NCBI GenBank assembly: GCA_965203805.1
Contig: OZ241917.1
Location: forward strand, 800,001 to 864,000
DNA length: 64,000 nucleotides
Reading direction: 5' to 3'
DNA from: Candidatus Latescibacterota bacterium
Lineage (GTDB): Bacteria > Latescibacterota > UBA2968 > GCA-2709665
Positions 60,343-64,000 of the stretch are shown in pieces. Within the stretch, counting starts at the first letter, position 1; each line of letters starts with the position of its first letter. Made by a program: the position numbers and the translations under genes. The notes below the pieces were generated by a model. That model made no database searches and was not told the DNA's origin. It saw only the letters and a program-made list of their open reading frames with translations.

Positions 60343-60946
60343 GAGTACCTATTCGGCTATATTCGCTTGTTGCGGCGACAAATAAGAAATCCTCGAGAAT
60401 TTTAAAATTCTCCGCCACATTGATATGCACGTTTTCGGAAAAGGCTGGTTCCCGCAGGTGAGTGTTTGCCCTGAAAAACACCTTTGTTTCTTTCCATTTC
60501 TTCATACTGGGAATCCTGTCCTTATCAGAATATCCAAGAAATGTATTGAAAAAGAAATCATCCGCCTGTTGATTTCTGAGACTACCTTCCTTGTGCTTAT
60601 TTATCAGATTCGCAATCATCTCGCATACATTATACGGAATCAGATGTCCCTCTCCCCTCTGTTCCGCCGTGAATAATCCTTGCCCTCCCCATTCATTTCT
60701 CCACTTCTGTTGTAGTTTTCCTACAAGATGACGGTAATCAACTTGAGATGACCGAATACCGGCGACGGTTCGAGCGAGAAAATTCATTAGGTCCCTTGCC
60801 ACATGCGATACGAACGTAATGTATCCCGGTGACCTATCTTTTAGCGAAAGCGCGGCTCCTCTGTATGCGTCGGCGTACACGGGCAGCTCGAGTCTATTAT
60901 CGAGCCAGTCGAATATCTGTTGCTGTGTTTCCGAAAGCACTGTCAT
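60311..60946 (-). CDS. Small HEPN-like helical protein (paralog of the middle domain of 52931-57028)
   Basis: YRGAALSLK…SHVARDLMN…FFRANTH aligns with YLGALYAIE…ANSLRELME…LEDFTH. Overlaps the start of the 999-aa gene by 32 nt. Confidence 0.65.
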   Translation of the reverse strand: MTVLSETQQQIFDWLDNRLELPVYADAYRGAALSLKDRSPGYITFVSHVARDLMNFLARTVAGIRSSQVDYRHLVGKLQQKWRNEWGGQGLFTAEQRGEGHLIPYNVCEMIANLINKHKEGSLRNQQADDFFFNTFLGYSDKDRIPSMKKWKETKVFFRANTHLREPAFSENVHINVAENFKILEDFLFVAATSEYSRIGTLDAILEETNT

Positions 60947-60952
60947 GGTAAC

Positions 60953-63900
60953 TTACAATCCCATCCGGTATTTGATGTCATAGTTGATGATGAAATCCAG
61001 TTCATCCGCAGTAAAATCGTAGTGGTTCGCCAATGTTTGGTCGATATCGTCAATTGTCGGTTTGCAGGGAGCTACGTTGTATTGATCGACTTCCGCTTTC
61101 CCGTAGACGATGCGTTGTGAGTTCATCTTTAATCCTGCCATCAACTCTTCAACTATACACGATAGCTGTTTTGATAGCTGGCGAAGGCCATCTAATTTTA
61201 TCGGAAATAGTGCAATGTCGGAGGGATAAACATGCCGCGCGTCGGTTAGACTCTTCCAAAGGAAGTAAAAAAGGTTGCTATTTAATATCGAGCAATACAG
61301 CACTGCCAATTCGGAAGATGGCAACCTGAGCTCCGAAATTGTCGTATGGGTCTTGTTGGGTTCCTTTAGGGACCTATAATAAGGGGCAAATGTAAACGTC
61401 TTTATCCAATAACCACCGGCATTGTGGTAATGAACTACGTGAGCGCCACGAAATTGCCGATACGACGCCCAGGGACTTTGATGCGATAACGCCTTGAGTA
61501 ATGCAGAATGCCCAATCGGGTCGTTAACCTTTGGGATACTATAAGCTTGCCTCGATTCCCCCAATTCAAGATATCGCATGTTATAAAAAAGAACCGGGCG
61601 TTCTTCGGAGTACCATGTAATGTAATCGGTCGTATAACCTTTCGCGTTCGTTCCTTTTTTAGATATGCATATTGTATTCCTCTGCATTACGCCGGGAAAT
61701 AAAGCGGCGGGCCTGAGGGCGAAATTGCTTAACCAGATTACGGAGTTTTGGTCGAACAACAATCCTTGGAGCGCTGCCATACGCTGGGCTGCGGTGAGCG
61801 ATATTGGATTGATAAAGCCAAACCTGCCACTCTCGCAAAGGAGCAGATTCGATCGCTCGATCGTAAACGCGTATAGGTTTCCACAATGCTCCGTCGAAAA
61901 GTCGTTTATTGTATATATCGTGCGAACCTTTTTGTATTCGACATACGGTGGATTCCCGATCACCACGTCAAACCCACCCCTTTGCACGATACCATAGAAT
62001 TCCACGAACCAGTGGAATGGCTGGTGGCTTGCACACCATTGCTCGTAGGCAGTTGCGTCGTTTTCTTGGACACCGTATTCACCAGCCAGATATCGGTCCA
62101 ATTGGTCCCGAAGGTCATCGAGCCGTCCACGCAGATTAACCTTTGCTTGAGCGAATACTTGCGCATCCATCTCTTGTTCGGTCTGCATTTTCTGGAACAT
62201 ACGAAAAGCGCGATCAGCGACGTCGGCGCGTTCTTCGATGTCGGGAAGCGATTGTTCCTTGAATAAGTCGCCCCTTACAGCCCGTCTCACATCGTCAAGA
62301 GAGGTAAAGCCAACCAATGTGTTGCCAGCGCGTATGTTGAAGTCGATGTCGGGCAAAGGCTCGATCTGTTCGACGCTTTCCAGTTGCGCAACGAGCTTCA
62401 GGAAGAGGCGCAGTTTGCAGATTTCGACAGCCTCTTCCATTATGTCCACACCATAGAGATTGTTGATAATGATGGACTTGAGAATGAAATATCGCTCGCT
62501 GGGATGAGACTCGACCTGTTTGAGTATCTGCCGGAAGTCGTTCATCTTTTCGGGGCGATGTTTGCGCTTCGATCGCTCTAAATCATCCAGAAGACCGCGC
62601 ATCGCCTCCAGGCACGCGGTGTAGATGGGTTCCAGGATGTTGAGTGCCGCAAACAGGAAGGCGCCGGATCCGCAGGTGGGATCCAGAATCGACACCCCGG
62701 AAATTGCCTTCCAAAAGGCGCGGACCAGTTCAGGTCCCTCGCTCCCCGAAATGACGTCTTGCGCGAATTTCTCAATATCCAGGTTGTACGTAATCAGGTC
62801 GTTGATTTCTATGACCTTACCCGCGGTAAGTTTGGCGTATACTTCCTCGTAGTGGCGCCGACGTGCTACATGCTCGCGCCAGGTTTCGGTTGGCAGTGCA
62901 TAGTCGCCGGTCGCGGGTTCATTCCAGTTGTCGCGTTTTGCGACGTCTTCCAGTCCTGCTGCGATTTCCGAAGGCAGGTCGCGCTTCCGCACAAGGTCTT
63001 CCTTCTTGTGGATATCGTTCGTGATCCCGTGACGGACCGCTTCGTAGAAGTACCGATCCGGCTCCTCCTGCAACAGAGACCACACCCCTCCGCCGGGCCT
63101 GAACGCAATTGGACACGCCTTCTTTGCCTGGTCGAACAGAAACGGAATGATCGTATTGCGGCTGATGTATCCGGTGATGTCCTCTTTGGTGTAGTAGGCC
63201 CCCATCTGCTTCTGGTTGATGTACTTCTCGAAGATGTAGCCGAGCACGTCGGGGTTGATCTCATTGTCATTGCGTAACGGCCGGTCGTCCAGGTGCCACT
63301 GATAGGCGTCGAAAAAATCGAAGATTCGCTCGAACGCTTCATCGGGGATCCGAATTTCCGGATTGTCGTGCTCCAGATCGTGGACGTCGAAAAGGCCGCC
63401 GTTGAGGAATGGCACCTTGCCAAGCAGGCTCACAATCTCCGGGGTGCGGTCGGCCTCCGGTCGCCCCAGCCCGTCATGAAACAGCCTAAGAAGGAATACC
63501 CGATAGAACCTGTTGAAACGCCCGTTTCCATATTGCTGCCGAACCTTTTCGAGACGGTCGCGGAGGTATTCGGTGTTGTTGTCGAGGAATCCGCGTTTCT
63601 GGATGAAGTAGATGAACATCATGCGGTTCAGCATCAGCGAGGCGTACCATTCTTTCTCGGCCAGGTCTCCGATCCCCTCGATGAACCCCAGAAAGGCCTC
63701 GTGTTCCTTCTTGAAGCGGTCGTAGAACCGTTTTGTGACCTTTTCGACGTCAAAGGCTGCCCGAACCCGACCAGATACGTCAACGATAGTCAGGTCGTCT
63801 TCTTCGTCGAGTGTGAAGGCGATGTTTTCGAGCTTCTGAATGAGCCGTTCGCCGGTATCCCCTCGGCGGAACGATTCCGAACGTTGCCGGTCCGGACGGC

Positions 63901-64000
63901 TCGGCTCGCGTTTTACCCACTGCCAGGACTGCTCGCTCTTGTCACGGGTGGTGTAGACGATGATGTGTTCGCGGACCTGTTTGGCGACGGCTTTTTCGAT
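60953..64000 (-). CDS. Eco57I-like (Type IIG-like) N6-adenine DNA methyltransferase / RM enzyme, 5' end outside the window
   Basis: PFLNGGLF, GAYYT, motif I DPTCGSGAF and motif IV NPPY. The frame appears to continue upstream of 63634 (…EWYASLMLNR) towards the window edge. Confidence 0.9.
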   Translation of the reverse strand: MEKAVAKQVREHIIVYTTRDKSEQSWQWVKREPSRPDRQRSESFRRGDTGERLIQKLENIAFTLDEEDDLTIVDVSGRVRAAFDVEKVTKRFYDRFKKEHEAFLGFIEGIGDLAEKEWYASLMLNRMMFIYFIQKRGFLDNNTEYLRDRLEKVRQQYGNGRFNRFYRVFLLRLFHDGLGRPEADRTPEIVSLLGKVPFLNGGLFDVHDLEHDNPEIRIPDEAFERIFDFFDAYQWHLDDRPLRNDNEINPDVLGYIFEKYINQKQMGAYYTKEDITGYISRNTIIPFLFDQAKKACPIAFRPGGGVWSLLQEEPDRYFYEAVRHGITNDIHKKEDLVRKRDLPSEIAAGLEDVAKRDNWNEPATGDYALPTETWREHVARRRHYEEVYAKLTAGKVIEINDLITYNLDIEKFAQDVISGSEGPELVRAFWKAISGVSILDPTCGSGAFLFAALNILEPIYTACLEAMRGLLDDLERSKRKHRPEKMNDFRQILKQVESHPSERYFILKSIIINNLYGVDIMEEAVEICKLRLFLKLVAQLESVEQIEPLPDIDFNIRAGNTLVGFTSLDDVRRAVRGDLFKEQSLPDIEERADVADRAFRMFQKMQTEQEMDAQVFAQAKVNLRGRLDDLRDQLDRYLAGEYGVQENDATAYEQWCASHQPFHWFVEFYGIVQRGGFDVVIGNPPYVEYKKVRTIYTINDFSTEHCGNLYAFTIERSNLLLCESGRFGFINPISLTAAQRMAALQGLLFDQNSVIWLSNFALRPAALFPGVMQRNTICISKKGTNAKGYTTDYITWYSEERPVLFYNMRYLELGESRQAYSIPKVNDPIGHSALLKALSHQSPWASYRQFRGAHVVHYHNAGGYWIKTFTFAPYYRSLKEPNKTHTTISELRLPSSELAVLYCSILNSNLFYFLWKSLTDARHVYPSDIALFPIKLDGLRQLSKQLSCIVEELMAGLKMNSQRIVYGKAEVDQYNVAPCKPTIDDIDQTLANHYDFTADELDFIINYDIKYRMGL

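Noticed and set aside
1-64000. tRNA, rRNA, transposase or integrase genes
   Set aside because: None was recognisable by eye. A tRNAscan-SE/Infernal/ISEScan run would be needed to exclude them formally.

Overview
This is a high-GC bacterial chromosomal segment; the gene content suggests an FCB-type lineage, but that is only an inference. It has four parts. (1) 1-24.7 kb, almost all on the + strand: a TPP enzyme, an FAD amine oxidoreductase with a triple-Rid-domain neighbour, and a 14-kb envelope operon. The operon encodes an ABC ATPase, an ABC permease fused to an apparently inactive M1-peptidase fold and a C-terminal beta-sandwich, an MFP lipoprotein, two RND subunits (one fused to an ABC ATPase) and an ABC-2 permease. 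CdaA-YbbR, a TPR protein and a heparinase-II/III-like propeller protein follow. (2) A 28-bp dif-like XerCD site at 24717-24744, where gene orientation flips from + to -, next to an HTH/coiled-coil gene. This is probably the replication terminus. (3) 25.5-45 kb housekeeping genes: gcvT, leuS, asnS, pnp, rpsO, ribF, truB, rbfA, DUF503, infB, nusA, rimP with its leader hairpin, MerR, der, DUF512, a pentapeptide-repeat protein and a nucleoside hydrolase. (4) 45.2-64 kb, a lower-GC defence island on the - strand. It holds an Eco57I-like RM methylase (truncated by the window edge) and two paralogous 'HEPN-like domain + large helical protein' modules, one split and one fused. The fused copy also carries DUF2283 and is joined to a DUF4258 toxin through a T9 tract. 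An Avs-like nuclease-STAND protein, three orphan antitoxins among REP-like repeats and a short DprA-like gene complete the island. All family assignments come from motif recognition, not database searches.
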